Shown here: piece by piece, positions 42,213-52,073 of the stretch
How the letters are laid out: every line of letters starts with the position of its first letter
Numbering within the stretch: position 1 is the stretch's first letter
Assembly: GCA_934153945.1 (NCBI GenBank)
Contig: CAKPFM010000004.1
Coordinates: 34,469-98,468 of the forward strand
DNA length: 64,000 bases
Direction: 5' to 3'
Source of the DNA: an uncultured Bacilli bacterium
GTDB lineage: Bacteria > Bacillota_I > Bacilli_A > RF39 > UBA660
The notes under the pieces: model-generated
What the model was told of the DNA's origin: nothing
The model's database searches: none
The model's input: the letters and a program-made list of their open reading frames with translations, nothing else
Made by a program: the position numbers and the translations under genes

Positions 42213-43328
42213 GTGAGTTTAATGAATAAACGTGATTATTATGAAGTTTTAGGAGTAGATAAAAATGCTAGTGAAGCAGATATCAAATCGGCTTTCCGTA
42301 AACTAGCTAAAAAATATCACCCTGATGTATCTAAAGAACCAGATGCAGCAGAAAAATTTAAAGAAGCGCAAGAAGCTTATGCCGTTTTATCTGATAAAGA
42401 TAAAAGAGCTCAATATGATCAATATGGTCATGCAGCATTCCAAAATGCTAATGGTGGAGCAGGATACGATTTTAGTGGATTTGATTTTTCTGATATATTT
42501 AGTGATATCTTTGGTGGATCTTTTGGAGGATTCAGTGGATTTTCTAATTTTGGATTTGGTTCATCTTCTAAAGCAAGAAAAGGTAGTGATACTTTAGTTA
42601 GAATGAATCTAACTTTTGAAGAAGCTTGTTTTGGATGCAAAAAAAGTGTTGAAATCAATGAATCAAAAACTTGTACTGAATGTAGTGGAAAAGGTGGATT
42701 TGGAGAAAAAACTTGCCCAGATTGTAATGGAAAAGGTCAAGTAACTCAATCTGTATTTGGTGGTGCTTTTGTAAGCAGAACAACTTGTTCAAGATGTTCT
42801 GGTACAGGACATGTATTTGAAAACAAATGTAGTACTTGTAGAGGAACAGGAACTATTAATGAAAGAAAAACAAAAGATGTTAAAGTTCCAGCAGGAGTAG
42901 ATACAGGTAATAGATTAAGAGTACCAAATGCCGGTAATCCAGGAAGTAATGGAGGACCAAATGGAGATTTATACATTGAATTTAATGTAAAAGAACATCC
43001 AATATTTAAAAGAGAAGAAAATGATATTTATTTAACTTTACCAATATCTATAACAGATGCAGTATTAGGTGCTAAAGTAGATGTTCCAACTTTATATGGT
43101 AATGTTAAACTAACTATTCCTGCAGGTAGTTCATCAAATGATAAACATCGTTTAAAAGGTAAAGGAATAGAGGATGTAAGAACAGGTAGAATAGGAGATA
43201 TGTATGTTGTATTAGATATATATGTACCTAAAAAATTATCAAGAGATCAAAAGAAATTATTTGAAGAATTAAGTAAAACTGATTTATCTAATAGTTCTGA
43301 CTTTGATAAAATTAAAAAATATTTATAA
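42213..43328 (+). CDS. dnaJ: Chaperone DnaJ
   Basis: J-domain with HPD, G/F-rich region, and four CxxCxGxG zinc-finger repeats. Confidence 0.95.
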   Translation: MSLMNKRDYYEVLGVDKNASEADIKSAFRKLAKKYHPDVSKEPDAAEKFKEAQEAYAVLSDKDKRAQYDQYGHAAFQNANGGAGYDFSGFDFSDIFSDIFGGSFGGFSGFSNFGFGSSSKARKGSDTLVRMNLTFEEACFGCKKSVEINESKTCTECSGKGGFGEKTCPDCNGKGQVTQSVFGGAFVSRTTCSRCSGTGHVFENKCSTCRGTGTINERKTKDVKVPAGVDTGNRLRVPNAGNPGSNGGPNGDLYIEFNVKEHPIFKREENDIYLTLPISITDAVLGAKVDVPTLYGNVKLTIPAGSSSNDKHRLKGKGIEDVRTGRIGDMYVVLDIYVPKKLSRDQKKLFEELSKTDLSNSSDFDKIKKYL

Positions 43329-43350
43329 GAGCTTATGCTCTTTTTGTTTT
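43327..43350 (+). terminator. Intrinsic terminator after dnaJ
   Basis: aagagc-ttat-gctctt followed by a T-run. Confidence 0.65.
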
Positions 43351-43434
43351 TAAAAATAATATATAGTAAAAGAATATATTAAATAATTAAGCACAATAAT
43401 GCTTTTTTTGATATAATTTATATAGGTGATAATT

Positions 43435-44082
43435 ATGTATCAAACAGCTATAGACATCTTAAAGAAAATAAAAAAACTAGGATATAATGGATATATAATA
43501 GGTGGATATCCAAGAGACATATACTTAGGTATCACAAATAGCGATATAGATATTTGCTCAAATATAAAAGAAAATGTATTAAATGAAAACTTTAATGTAA
43601 TAAAATCAACAAAATTTGGAAGTTTTATTATATTAGAAAATAACTATAATTATGAAATTACTTTATTTAGAAATGAAATTTATAAAGATAATAGATATCC
43701 TATAATTAATTATGTTGATACATTAGAAGAAGACCTAAAAAGAAGAGATTTTACAATAAATACTTTGTGTATAGATTATAATGGTGATTATGTAGATTTA
43801 ATGAACGCAAAAAAAGATATAGATAATAAAATCATTAAAGTAGTAGGTGATATAAATCAAAAGATAAAAGAAGATCCACTTCGTATTATAAGAGCTTTAA
43901 GATTCTCTTCTGATTTAAATTTTAATATAGAAATAAACTTAAAAAACTATATTATAAACAATAAAGAACTATTAAATACTTTAACAAAATCAAGAATAAA
44001 TAAAGAAATAAAAAAAGTAAAAAATAAAACAAATTTTTACAATTTAATTAAAATGCTTGATTTAGAAAATTATATTAAGTAA
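43435..44082 (+). CDS. Short nucleotidyltransferase of the CCA-adding/poly(A) polymerase head-domain family
   Basis: GGYPRD and DIDI motifs, RRDFTIN, DPLRIIRALRF. Only about 215 aa, covering head and neck and lacking body and tail domains. ATG at 43435 after a TAGGTGA RBS. Confidence 0.55.
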   Translation: MYQTAIDILKKIKKLGYNGYIIGGYPRDIYLGITNSDIDICSNIKENVLNENFNVIKSTKFGSFIILENNYNYEITLFRNEIYKDNRYPIINYVDTLEEDLKRRDFTINTLCIDYNGDYVDLMNAKKDIDNKIIKVVGDINQKIKEDPLRIIRALRFSSDLNFNIEINLKNYIINNKELLNTLTKSRINKEIKKVKNKTNFYNLIKMLDLENYIK

Positions 44083-44105
44083 AATAGAAAATTAAGGTGA
44101 TTAAA

Positions 44106-44735
44106 ATGGTCGAAAAAATAGTTAATGTAATAAAAGAAAAAGATGCAACTTTTCCTAGATTATTACTATTACATTATAAAGATTTAAAATTAGATGATTT
44201 AGAATTAATTATAGTAATATATATACTAAATAGTTCATTAGAATTCAATCCTAAAAAAATAAGTGAAGATTTAAAAATAACTTTACAAGAAGTCTTAATG
44301 AAAATGGATAGTTTAAGTAATAAAGATATATTAAAAATAGAACTAAAGAAAATAAATAATATTAGACAAGAATTTATTAATATAGATCCACTATATAATA
44401 AATTGTCTTATTTTATTATAAATGAAGAAACGAAAGAAAATACAAACATATATGATACTTTTGAAAAAGAATTTGGAAGAACTTTATCACCTATGGAATA
44501 TGAAATAATAAATGGTTGGTTAAATGATGGAATGAATGAAGAAATAGTTGTACAAGCATTAAAAGAAGCTATTTATAATGGTGTTTCTAATCTAAGATAT
44601 ATTGATAAAATATTATATGAATGGAAAAATAAGGGATTAACAACTACTCAAAAAATAGAACAAAATAGAACTAACTTTAATAAAAAAGAAAAGAAAGAAT
44701 TATTTGATTATAATTGGTTAGATGATGAAGAATGA
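44106..44735 (+). CDS. dnaD: DnaD-domain replication initiation protein
   Basis: C-terminal DnaD/DDBH2 motif YIDKILYEWKNKGLTT. Adjacent to nth, as in Bacillus. Confidence 0.65.
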   Translation: MVEKIVNVIKEKDATFPRLLLLHYKDLKLDDLELIIVIYILNSSLEFNPKKISEDLKITLQEVLMKMDSLSNKDILKIELKKINNIRQEFINIDPLYNKLSYFIINEETKENTNIYDTFEKEFGRTLSPMEYEIINGWLNDGMNEEIVVQALKEAIYNGVSNLRYIDKILYEWKNKGLTTTQKIEQNRTNFNKKEKKELFDYNWLDDEE

Positions 44736-45336
44736 AATTATTAATTATTTAGATGAAATTATACCAAATCCTAAATGTGAATTAAATTATAATAAAGACT
44801 ATGAATTATTAATTGCTACTATGTTAAGTGCTCAAACTACTGATAAAAGAGTAAATAGTGTAACAAATGTCCTATTTAAAAAATATCCTACTTTAGAAGC
44901 TTTAAGAGATGCGAATATTGAAGATATTAAAAAAATTATTAAACCTATAGGAACTTATAATAAAAAAGCATTAAATATTAAAAGCATTGCAAATGATTTG
45001 ATATTACATGGTGGTATAACTAATGATAGAAAATTTTTAGAAAGTTTAGATGGAGTCGGAAGAAAAACAGCAAATGTAGTGCTAAGTAATATTTATAATG
45101 AACAACTTATTGCTGTTGACACTCATGTAAGTAGAGTTAGTAAAAGGTTAGGAATTGCTAGAAAAAATGATGATGTTTTAACTATTGAAAAAAAATTAAA
45201 TAAATTTTTTAAAGGAAATGATTTATCAAGATTACATCATCAATTAGTTCTATTTGGTAGATATTATTGTAAAGCATTAAATCCAAATTGTGAAAATTGT
45301 AAACTAAAAAATATATGTAAAAAGGATAAAGTTTAA
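44722..45336 (+). CDS. nth: Endonuclease III
   Basis: HhH-GPD motif (LDGVGRKTANVVL) and C-terminal 4Fe-4S Cys ladder. Confidence 0.9.
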   Translation: MMKNEIINYLDEIIPNPKCELNYNKDYELLIATMLSAQTTDKRVNSVTNVLFKKYPTLEALRDANIEDIKKIIKPIGTYNKKALNIKSIANDLILHGGITNDRKFLESLDGVGRKTANVVLSNIYNEQLIAVDTHVSRVSKRLGIARKNDDVLTIEKKLNKFFKGNDLSRLHHQLVLFGRYYCKALNPNCENCKLKNICKKDKV

Positions 45337-48251
45337 TCAGCTTTATCCTTTTTAATTATAACTTTTCTTGTTAATGTTTTTGAAAAATCTTTATATGAAA
45401 TGTTGTATGTAATAGTGTATGTTTCTTCTTTAGTTGTATCAATACTTTTAACAGTTTCGTTTTTAGAATTTTTAATTATTGTTGTTAAATCTTTTTTATC
45501 TAAAGTAACTGTCTTTGTACCTTCTTTAACAATTACACCTTCATCAGTAAATTTGTCATTAACTTTTAAATTAATTGTTTCATTTCCTTTTAAAGTAGCA
45601 GTTATTTCTTCTTTAAGAGATGTTAAATCAATTTTTACTTCTGTACCATCACTCATATTTGAAGTAAATTTTTCATAAGATGATTTTACAACATAAGTAG
45701 TAGGTGATGAAGTAGTTATATTTTCTATTTTAACACTTGTTTCACTAGTAGTTTTAATTAATTTTAATCCACTACTATCTTTTGAATAAACTTTATAAAC
45801 TAAGTTTCCAAATATTGAATTATTATAACTGATTAATTTATTTTTAGCTGTTTCCCTAAATTTATCACTACTATATAAACTATTTAAATATTCATTAATT
45901 TTAGTTTCATTTATAGCGTATGGAGTTTCAATTGCTTTCCAAGTTAATGTAATAGTTTTATCTTTTAATTCACCTTTAAGTTCAGTAACGTCAGCTAATT
46001 TATCATATCTTTCAGATATTTCAGTAGGTTCTGTACCTTTTTTAAATAATTCAGTTATTTTTTTATCAGCTGGAGTATATGCACTAGGAAGTTTAGCTGG
46101 ATATGATTCATATTCGACCTCTACTTCAACAACACCTTCAGGTTTAGTCCATTTACTACTTCTACTAAATACCCCTTTAGCGACTGCTTGGAATATCTTT
46201 CTATGGGCTATGGTATTAACTGTACTAGTATATCCATCATAATTTTGTTTATATCCATACCAAACAGCTATTGAGTAATCAGGAGAAACACCTGCAACCC
46301 ATAAATCATTTACAGCATTTGATGGATAGCCTTTAGCTTTTATAGTTGCATCACTATAATTAGATGTACCAGTTTTAGCTCCATATATAGCACCATTAAC
46401 GTAAGATTGACCACCTAAACCATATTTAGCAGATGATTGTAATAAACTTGTCATCATATATGCTGTTTCTTCACTCATAACACGAGTAGTTTTTATTTCT
46501 TTTTCATATGTTTTATTTGTATCTCTAAATACAACTTTTGTATAACTATGTGGAGTAATATAATATCCTCCATTAGAGAAAGCTGCATAAGCTGCTGATA
46601 AAGTTAATGGTGATTCACCTGTATATCCTCCAATAGCATGTGCTTCATGAACTATTCCATTATTTTCTTCTGGTGATAAACCTACTGATTTAACAAAATT
46701 ATAAATATCAGAATTTTTATTTGCTTGGAATGCCTTTAATGCTGGTATATTTCTTGATTGAGCCATAGCAGTTCTTAAAGTCATGAATGTTTCACCTGTT
46801 ATAGTATTTCCATATCTTCTATCCCAGTTACTCATACCAGTACCATTTGAGTAGCTATGTTCCTCATCAGTAAATGGTGTATAAGTTGACCAATTTTGAT
46901 ATTCAATGCCTACGGCATAATCAAATAATGGTTTAGAAGTTGATCCTATTTGTTTATTAATCATAGTTGCAAAGTTATATTGTCTTTCACCTTTGTTTCT
47001 ACCAGCACCAACAGCTACTATAGCACCAGATTTTGATTCTATAACGCTAATTCCGGCTTGAATGTATTCATTTTCCCAATTAAAAGTTTCACCAGTCATT
47101 ATGCTATTTATTAGTTCTTGTTTATCTGGATTTAATGTAGTATATATTTCCATAGGAGTTTTATATGGATCCATTCCAGTATCTTTAAGTACTTCTTCTA
47201 CAACAGTATCAATAAATCCTTGATATACATTTGAACTATTTGTATTATTATGTTCTATTAATATTTTATCAACTGTTAGTTTTAATGCAATATTATATTC
47301 TTCTTCTGTTATATATCCATGTCTTTTCATTAAATATAGAACTGTTTGTCTTCTTGCTTCAGTTAATTCAGGATTGTTAGCTGGATCATATGAAACTGGT
47401 GATTGGAATAATCCTGCAATCATGGCAGCTTCAGATACATTAATGTCTTTAGCACTTTTTCCAAAATAGTTTAAGCAGGCTTGTTCAACACCATAAGCTC
47501 CACTACCTAGATAATTTGAATTTACATAAAATTCGATAATTTCTTTTTTTGTATATCTTTTTTCTATTTGAAATAAAGACATATATATATCAGTAAATTT
47601 TCTTTTTATAGTTTGTGATGTATCAGTAAAGTTGTTTTTAGCAACTTGCATTGTTAATGTAGATGCACCACCACCACCTTTATGTAGTACTTGATTTAGA
47701 CTGGCAACTAAAAATCTTGGTAAGTCAAATCCATTATGTTCAAAAAATCTTGAATCTTCAGTAGCTACTATAGCATTTACTAATACTTCAGGTAATTGAT
47801 CATAAGTAATTTTTTCTCTTTTTTCAGCACCTAATTTAGCTCTAATAACGCCATTAACATCATATATAATTGTTGATTCACTACGATATAGATTTTTTTC
47901 ATCAAATTCTGGGGCAGTATCAACTATTTTTTTCCAAAATATGATTGCTGCTATCATAGCGATAATAAACATAATTAATCCTAAAATAACTATACCTTTT
48001 ATTATGTTTATTACTATTTTTTTCTTTTTACTTGAATTTTGTTTAGAACTTTGTTTATTAGTTTTAGTATTTACTTTTTTATTTTTTCCCATAATAATAC
48101 TCCCAACATATATCATATCTGCTATTCCTATAATTAAAAATGATTTAATAAATCCTACTGCCATAAAACCGACAATAAAAGCTATTAAACTTATAATTCC
48201 AATCATTATTTCTTCACGATACTTATTTATCACATTTTTCAACTTTATCAC
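45333..48251 (-). CDS. ponA: Penicillin-binding protein 1A (bifunctional transglycosylase/transpeptidase)
   Basis: GT51 motifs EDSRFFEHNG. TP motifs STSKP and KTGT. 972 aa. Confidence 0.9.
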   Translation of the reverse strand: MIKLKNVINKYREEIMIGIISLIAFIVGFMAVGFIKSFLIIGIADMIYVGSIIMGKNKKVNTKTNKQSSKQNSSKKKKIVINIIKGIVILGLIMFIIAMIAAIIFWKKIVDTAPEFDEKNLYRSESTIIYDVNGVIRAKLGAEKREKITYDQLPEVLVNAIVATEDSRFFEHNGFDLPRFLVASLNQVLHKGGGGASTLTMQVAKNNFTDTSQTIKRKFTDIYMSLFQIEKRYTKKEIIEFYVNSNYLGSGAYGVEQACLNYFGKSAKDINVSEAAMIAGLFQSPVSYDPANNPELTEARRQTVLYLMKRHGYITEEEYNIALKLTVDKILIEHNNTNSSNVYQGFIDTVVEEVLKDTGMDPYKTPMEIYTTLNPDKQELINSIMTGETFNWENEYIQAGISVIESKSGAIVAVGAGRNKGERQYNFATMINKQIGSTSKPLFDYAVGIEYQNWSTYTPFTDEEHSYSNGTGMSNWDRRYGNTITGETFMTLRTAMAQSRNIPALKAFQANKNSDIYNFVKSVGLSPEENNGIVHEAHAIGGYTGESPLTLSAAYAAFSNGGYYITPHSYTKVVFRDTNKTYEKEIKTTRVMSEETAYMMTSLLQSSAKYGLGGQSYVNGAIYGAKTGTSNYSDATIKAKGYPSNAVNDLWVAGVSPDYSIAVWYGYKQNYDGYTSTVNTIAHRKIFQAVAKGVFSRSSKWTKPEGVVEVEVEYESYPAKLPSAYTPADKKITELFKKGTEPTEISERYDKLADVTELKGELKDKTITLTWKAIETPYAINETKINEYLNSLYSSDKFRETAKNKLISYNNSIFGNLVYKVYSKDSSGLKLIKTTSETSVKIENITTSSPTTYVVKSSYEKFTSNMSDGTEVKIDLTSLKEEITATLKGNETINLKVNDKFTDEGVIVKEGTKTVTLDKKDLTTIIKNSKNETVKSIDTTKEETYTITYNISYKDFSKTLTRKVIIKKDKAD

Positions 48252-48810
48252 CCTTACTTATTAATTTATCTACAATTTTTAAATAGTCAATTCTTGGATT
48301 CCATTTCATATCTATTAAATATCCATTTTCTTCAAAATAATTAACAGGAATTGATTTCCTATTTGAATTATTTAAAAAATCAGTTAATTTATTTTCTTCT
48401 AATAGAAATGTTTTATCATACTTATTAAATCTTACTATTAAAAAACCAATACCACCATGTTCAACTATTTTTTGTAAGTGAACTATTTGATGTTTATGAA
48501 TATTTGATAATGGGAAAGATTCTAATTTAGTTTCTTTTGCTTCAAAATCAATATATTTTCCTTTATATACACCATTATAATCTGTAGTAGACGGAATTTT
48601 GAAATGTGCTTCTTTTATAGTAGCGTCCATTCTTGACTTAAAATCTACTTGATTAATAGTAATTGGAGTAGGTTTTTTATGTATAACGGCAATATTTTCT
48701 AGTAAGTATTGCTCATTAGTAATATTTAAATCACTTTCTAGTGACATACCTCTATTTCCATAATTTATAAGTTTTTGAACTTCTTTTTTTGTACCTGTAG
48801 GATATTTCAT
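48223..48810 (-). CDS. recU: Holliday junction resolvase RecU
   Basis: MKYPTGTKK... with a RecU fold. Overlaps ponA as in the B. subtilis recU-ponA operon. Confidence 0.8.
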   Translation of the reverse strand: MKYPTGTKKEVQKLINYGNRGMSLESDLNITNEQYLLENIAVIHKKPTPITINQVDFKSRMDATIKEAHFKIPSTTDYNGVYKGKYIDFEAKETKLESFPLSNIHKHQIVHLQKIVEHGGIGFLIVRFNKYDKTFLLEENKLTDFLNNSNRKSIPVNYFEENGYLIDMKWNPRIDYLKIVDKLISKGDKVEKCDK

Positions 48811-49098
48811 TATATCACCATTATCATTATACTATAAAAGTTATATTTTTACCATATGAAAATGATAGGTTCTAATTTTTTCTAATTTTGTCGAATCTAT
48901 ATTAATTATATATAAAAAGTGTTAGTATTTATTCAGGTGATTTTATGAAATATTATACACATATTAATAGTGTAGTTGATAGTATGATTGATGATATAAC
49001 ATATATTAAAAGAGAAAGAGTTGTAAATAAATTATTAAACAAAAATAGTTCTAATTAGGACTATTTTTTCATATATTTAAATAGATATAGGAGGAAAT

Positions 49099-49383
49099 AT
49101 GGACAAGGATATAATAAGTACAAATCATAGTATTAGTATAACAGAAAGAAAAAACATAATGCTTACAGGTGTTAAAAAGATTGAAAGTTTTGATGATGAA
49201 GAATTTTTACTTGAAACAAATATGGGATATATAGTTATTAAAGGAAAAGGTTTAGAAATAATAAAATTAGATACTTATCAAGGTAATGTATCAATAAAAG
49301 GGGTATTAAACAGTTTATCTTATATGGAGGGTGTTAATAAAAAACAAAAAAAAGATAATATGTTTAGTAAATTATTTAAATGA
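49099..49383 (+). CDS. yabP: Sporulation protein YabP
   Basis: SITERKNIMLTGVKKIESFDDEEFLLETNMGYIVIKGKGLEI matches YabP. Confidence 0.8.
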   Translation: MDKDIISTNHSISITERKNIMLTGVKKIESFDDEEFLLETNMGYIVIKGKGLEIIKLDTYQGNVSIKGVLNSLSYMEGVNKKQKKDNMFSKLFK

Positions 49384-49664
49384 GTTTAGAAACACAAATT
49401 TTATTGGTAATTATTTCCTTTTTATTTGGAATCTTTTTTGAATTTATTCACACTATAAGTTACAAAATAATATATTGTAAAAAAATATTTATTCGAATAA
49501 TTTTTACATTTATATTAATATTGTTACAATCACTTTTATATTTCTATATACTACTTAAGATAAATAATGGAATTATTCACATATATGGAATAATATCTTT
49601 ATTAGTTGGAATGATATCATTTTATTATTTGAAATTGCTATTTTACAAAAAACGTAAAAAATGA
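49380..49664 (+). CDS. yabQ: Spore cortex biosynthesis protein YabQ-like
   Basis: Small 3-TM protein overlapping yabP. Bacillus-like yabP-yabQ-divIC order. Confidence 0.5.
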   Translation: MSLETQILLVIISFLFGIFFEFIHTISYKIIYCKKIFIRIIFTFILILLQSLLYFYILLKINNGIIHIYGIISLLVGMISFYYLKLLFYKKRKK

Positions 49665-49689
49665 TATACTTCTAAATAGGAGAGTAGTT

Positions 49690-50103
49690 ATGAAAAAGAA
49701 AAAGAGAAAAATTAAAGGATCAAAAATTCGTATGTTAATATTAATACCAATTTCTCTTACTATAATTGGCTACTTTTTCTATTTATTAATTTCATATCCT
49801 TATAATATTATGAGATTAAAAAATGAAGAAAAAAAATATGAACAAGAATTATTAGATTTAGAAATAGATGAAAAAAATTTAAAAAATGAAATAGAAAAAT
49901 TGAAGGATCCTGATTATTTAGCTAGATATGCTAGGGAGAATTATCAATATTCCAAGAATGGTGAAATAATACTTAAAATAGATAAGAAAAATAAAACAAC
50001 TGTAGAAGAAACTAATAATGAAGATTTTAATCACTTATTAGTAATTGGAATATCTATATTTGCTTTAATTGGAATATACATATTTATAAAAAGTATCAAA
50101 TAA
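49690..50103 (+). CDS. divIC: Septum formation initiator (DivIC/FtsB family)
   Basis: N-terminal TM segment, coiled coil, and a conserved C-terminal ARENY motif. Confidence 0.55.
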   Translation: MKKKKRKIKGSKIRMLILIPISLTIIGYFFYLLISYPYNIMRLKNEEKKYEQELLDLEIDEKNLKNEIEKLKDPDYLARYARENYQYSKNGEIILKIDKKNKTTVEETNNEDFNHLLVIGISIFALIGIYIFIKSIK

Positions 50104-50124
50104 CTATATTTATATAGTTTTTTT
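50102..50124 (+). terminator. Intrinsic terminator after divIC
   Basis: aactata-ttta-tatagtt followed by T7. Confidence 0.6.
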
Positions 50125-50128
50125 GTTC

Positions 50129-50152
50129 AAAAAAATAACGGTTTCCCGTTAT
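50129..50152 (-). terminator. Intrinsic terminator after lemA
   Basis: ataacgg-tttc-ccgttat, followed by a U-run on the minus strand. Confidence 0.55.
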
Positions 50153-50712
50153 AATTTAAAGTCTTTAATATCTTCATCTTCCATATCTTTTCCATCAAAA
50201 TATGTTCTAATTTTATATCTTGATATTTTAGCTACTATATTTGAAGGAAATCTTCTAACTAGTGCATTGTAATCAGTAATTATATCATTATAATATTTTC
50301 TAGCTGCTACAATTTCTGCTTCTGATTCAACTAAACCTAGTTCTATTTTTAGAAAATCTTCACTATTTTTAAGTTCTTTTATTGATTCTTTATACTCGTT
50401 AAACTCATTTATTGCTTCATATAATTTTCTATCTAATTCAAAATTGGAAAATTTTTGACTTCTTAATTCTTTAATCATTGGTAAAATATCTTTTTTGGTT
50501 TTTAAATTTGATTTAATGATACCAACAGATTTATTTAGTAAATCAAATCTTTTTCTAAGCGTTGTATCTATAAAAGCTTCAGCTTCATTGATTCTAATAA
50601 TATATGATTGAAAATGATTATAGATATTTATATACCAAATAAGCAATAAACAAATAGCTATAATACAAATTGTTATATACATGAATACGTTCATATCATC
50701 ACCTAGCATCAT
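50149..50712 (-). CDS. lemA: LemA family protein
   Basis: N-terminal TM segment and LemA-like conserved core. Confidence 0.7.
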   Translation of the reverse strand: MMLGDDMNVFMYITICIIAICLLLIWYINIYNHFQSYIIRINEAEAFIDTTLRKRFDLLNKSVGIIKSNLKTKKDILPMIKELRSQKFSNFELDRKLYEAINEFNEYKESIKELKNSEDFLKIELGLVESEAEIVAARKYYNDIITDYNALVRRFPSNIVAKISRYKIRTYFDGKDMEDEDIKDFKL

Positions 50713-50736
50713 TATAACAAATTTCTACAAAAAGTG

Positions 50737-51114
50737 CTATAGATTTGGTATAAATTCTGGACTATAATTTATTTTTTCATCAAAAGTGATAAAATCTACA
50801 TAAATCATTAACAATAAAAACCATTTTCCAGTAACAGGATCACTTAAAATTATATGGTCTCTTCCTGATTGTTCAATTATCCCAATAAATTCTCTATCTT
50901 TAAATTGTTCTGAATCAGGGAATGTCATATGTATTGTTACTTGTTTTCCTTTATTTAATCTTAAAATATTTTCAATATACGATTGTTCTAATGGTAAGTT
51001 ATCTGTATAATTTGACATTGGTATATTTGTTTGATTTGGGATATTTTGAATATTATTGATAGGTACATTTGGCACATTAGAATTTAAATTAGGATTAAAA
51101 AATGTATTATTCAT
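50737..51114 (-). CDS. gerQ: Spore coat protein GerQ-like
   Basis: Asn/Gln/Pro-rich N-terminus, then QSYIENILRLNKGK...GRDHIILSDPVTGKWFLLLMIYVDFITFDEKINY, which matches the GerQ C-terminal domain. Confidence 0.5.
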   Translation of the reverse strand: MNNTFFNPNLNSNVPNVPINNIQNIPNQTNIPMSNYTDNLPLEQSYIENILRLNKGKQVTIHMTFPDSEQFKDREFIGIIEQSGRDHIILSDPVTGKWFLLLMIYVDFITFDEKINYSPEFIPNL

Positions 51115-51206
51115 AAATCAACCTCTTTCCAATTAATTTTATTTAAGTAATTATTAAAATATAACAAAAAATAAAAATTTAATGATATAATTAAATAGGT
51201 GATGAT

Positions 51207-51767
51207 ATGAAAATAAGTGTGGGTATATCAAATCGACATATACATTTAAAAGAAGAAGATTATATAAAATTATTTGGTAATAATGAAATTGAAAAAGAAT
51301 ATGATTTACATCAAAAAGGTGAATTTGCGTCAAAATCATTTGTCAACATAGAAGGACCTAAAGGAATAATAGAAAATGTTAGAATTATAGGACCTTTTAG
51401 AAATTATAGTCAAGTTGAAATATCTAAATCAGATTCTTATAAATTAGGACTAAAACCACCTATAAGAAAATCGGGAGATATAAGTGATAGCCCTAGCATA
51501 ACTATAATAGGACCAAACGATAAGTTAGAGTTAGAAAATGGAGTAATTATACCTGAAAGACATATTCATATAACTAAAGAACAAATAGATTATTATAAAT
51601 TGGATGAAAATAAACCTTTAAATATTGTTGTTAAAGGAGAAAAACCAACTATTTTAGGTAATGTTAAATTAAAGGTAAGTGATAATGCATATTTTGAACT
51701 TCACTTAGATACAGATGACGCTAATGCATGTAATTTAAAAAATGGCGATATTGTGGATATACTATAA
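51207..51767 (+). CDS. pduL: Phosphate propanoyltransferase PduL-like
   Basis: GISNRHIHL and a second RHIHI repeat motif. 186 aa. Confidence 0.7.
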   Translation: MKISVGISNRHIHLKEEDYIKLFGNNEIEKEYDLHQKGEFASKSFVNIEGPKGIIENVRIIGPFRNYSQVEISKSDSYKLGLKPPIRKSGDISDSPSITIIGPNDKLELENGVIIPERHIHITKEQIDYYKLDENKPLNIVVKGEKPTILGNVKLKVSDNAYFELHLDTDDANACNLKNGDIVDIL

Positions 51768-51838
51768 ATATATCAATTTTGTAAAAAAATATCGAAATAA
51801 GTAAAAAAGTATTTTAATATATATTAAGAGTACTAGAG

Positions 51839-51960
51839 GATAGAATGACATCGTCTATCGCGGATGAAAGTCTTAAGGGTAGGGTTTTAAACCTGATGAG
51901 ATGTTGGAAGTGATGCCCAACCTTTTACTCATATGAACCTGTATACAGGTTCTTTATTTT
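51839..51960 (+). ncRNA. Candidate small structured RNA or leader-peptide transcript ending in an intrinsic terminator
   Basis: Stem gataga-N9-tctatc, hairpin ggttt-taa-aacc, and terminator gaacctgta/tacaggttc followed by a U-run (51935-51960). Alternatively a 22-codon ORF from 51845 with an AGAGGA RBS. Confidence 0.25.
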
Positions 51961-51993
51961 TAACTAATAATATTTATTATTTTTTATTATATT

Positions 51994-52034
51994 TTAGCAC
52001 TCATACTTGACAAGTGCTAAAATAGTGGTATAAT
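51994..52034 (+). promoter_or_regulatory. clpB promoter overlapped by a CIRCE element
   Basis: TTAGCACTC-N9-AAGTGCTAA (51994-52020). TTGACA (52007-52012) lies inside the inverted repeat, then 16 nt, then TATAAT (52029-52034). Confidence 0.65.
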
Positions 52035-52073
52035 GTATATATGTAGAGAAATCTACGAAAAGGAGGGGATAAT

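Noticed and set aside
51863-51900. Hammerhead-ribozyme-like CUGAUGAG and GAAA motifs
   Set aside because: The flanking sequence cannot form the required stems I, II and III around the core in any permutation. The junction bases (tGAAAg) do not match CGAAAC.
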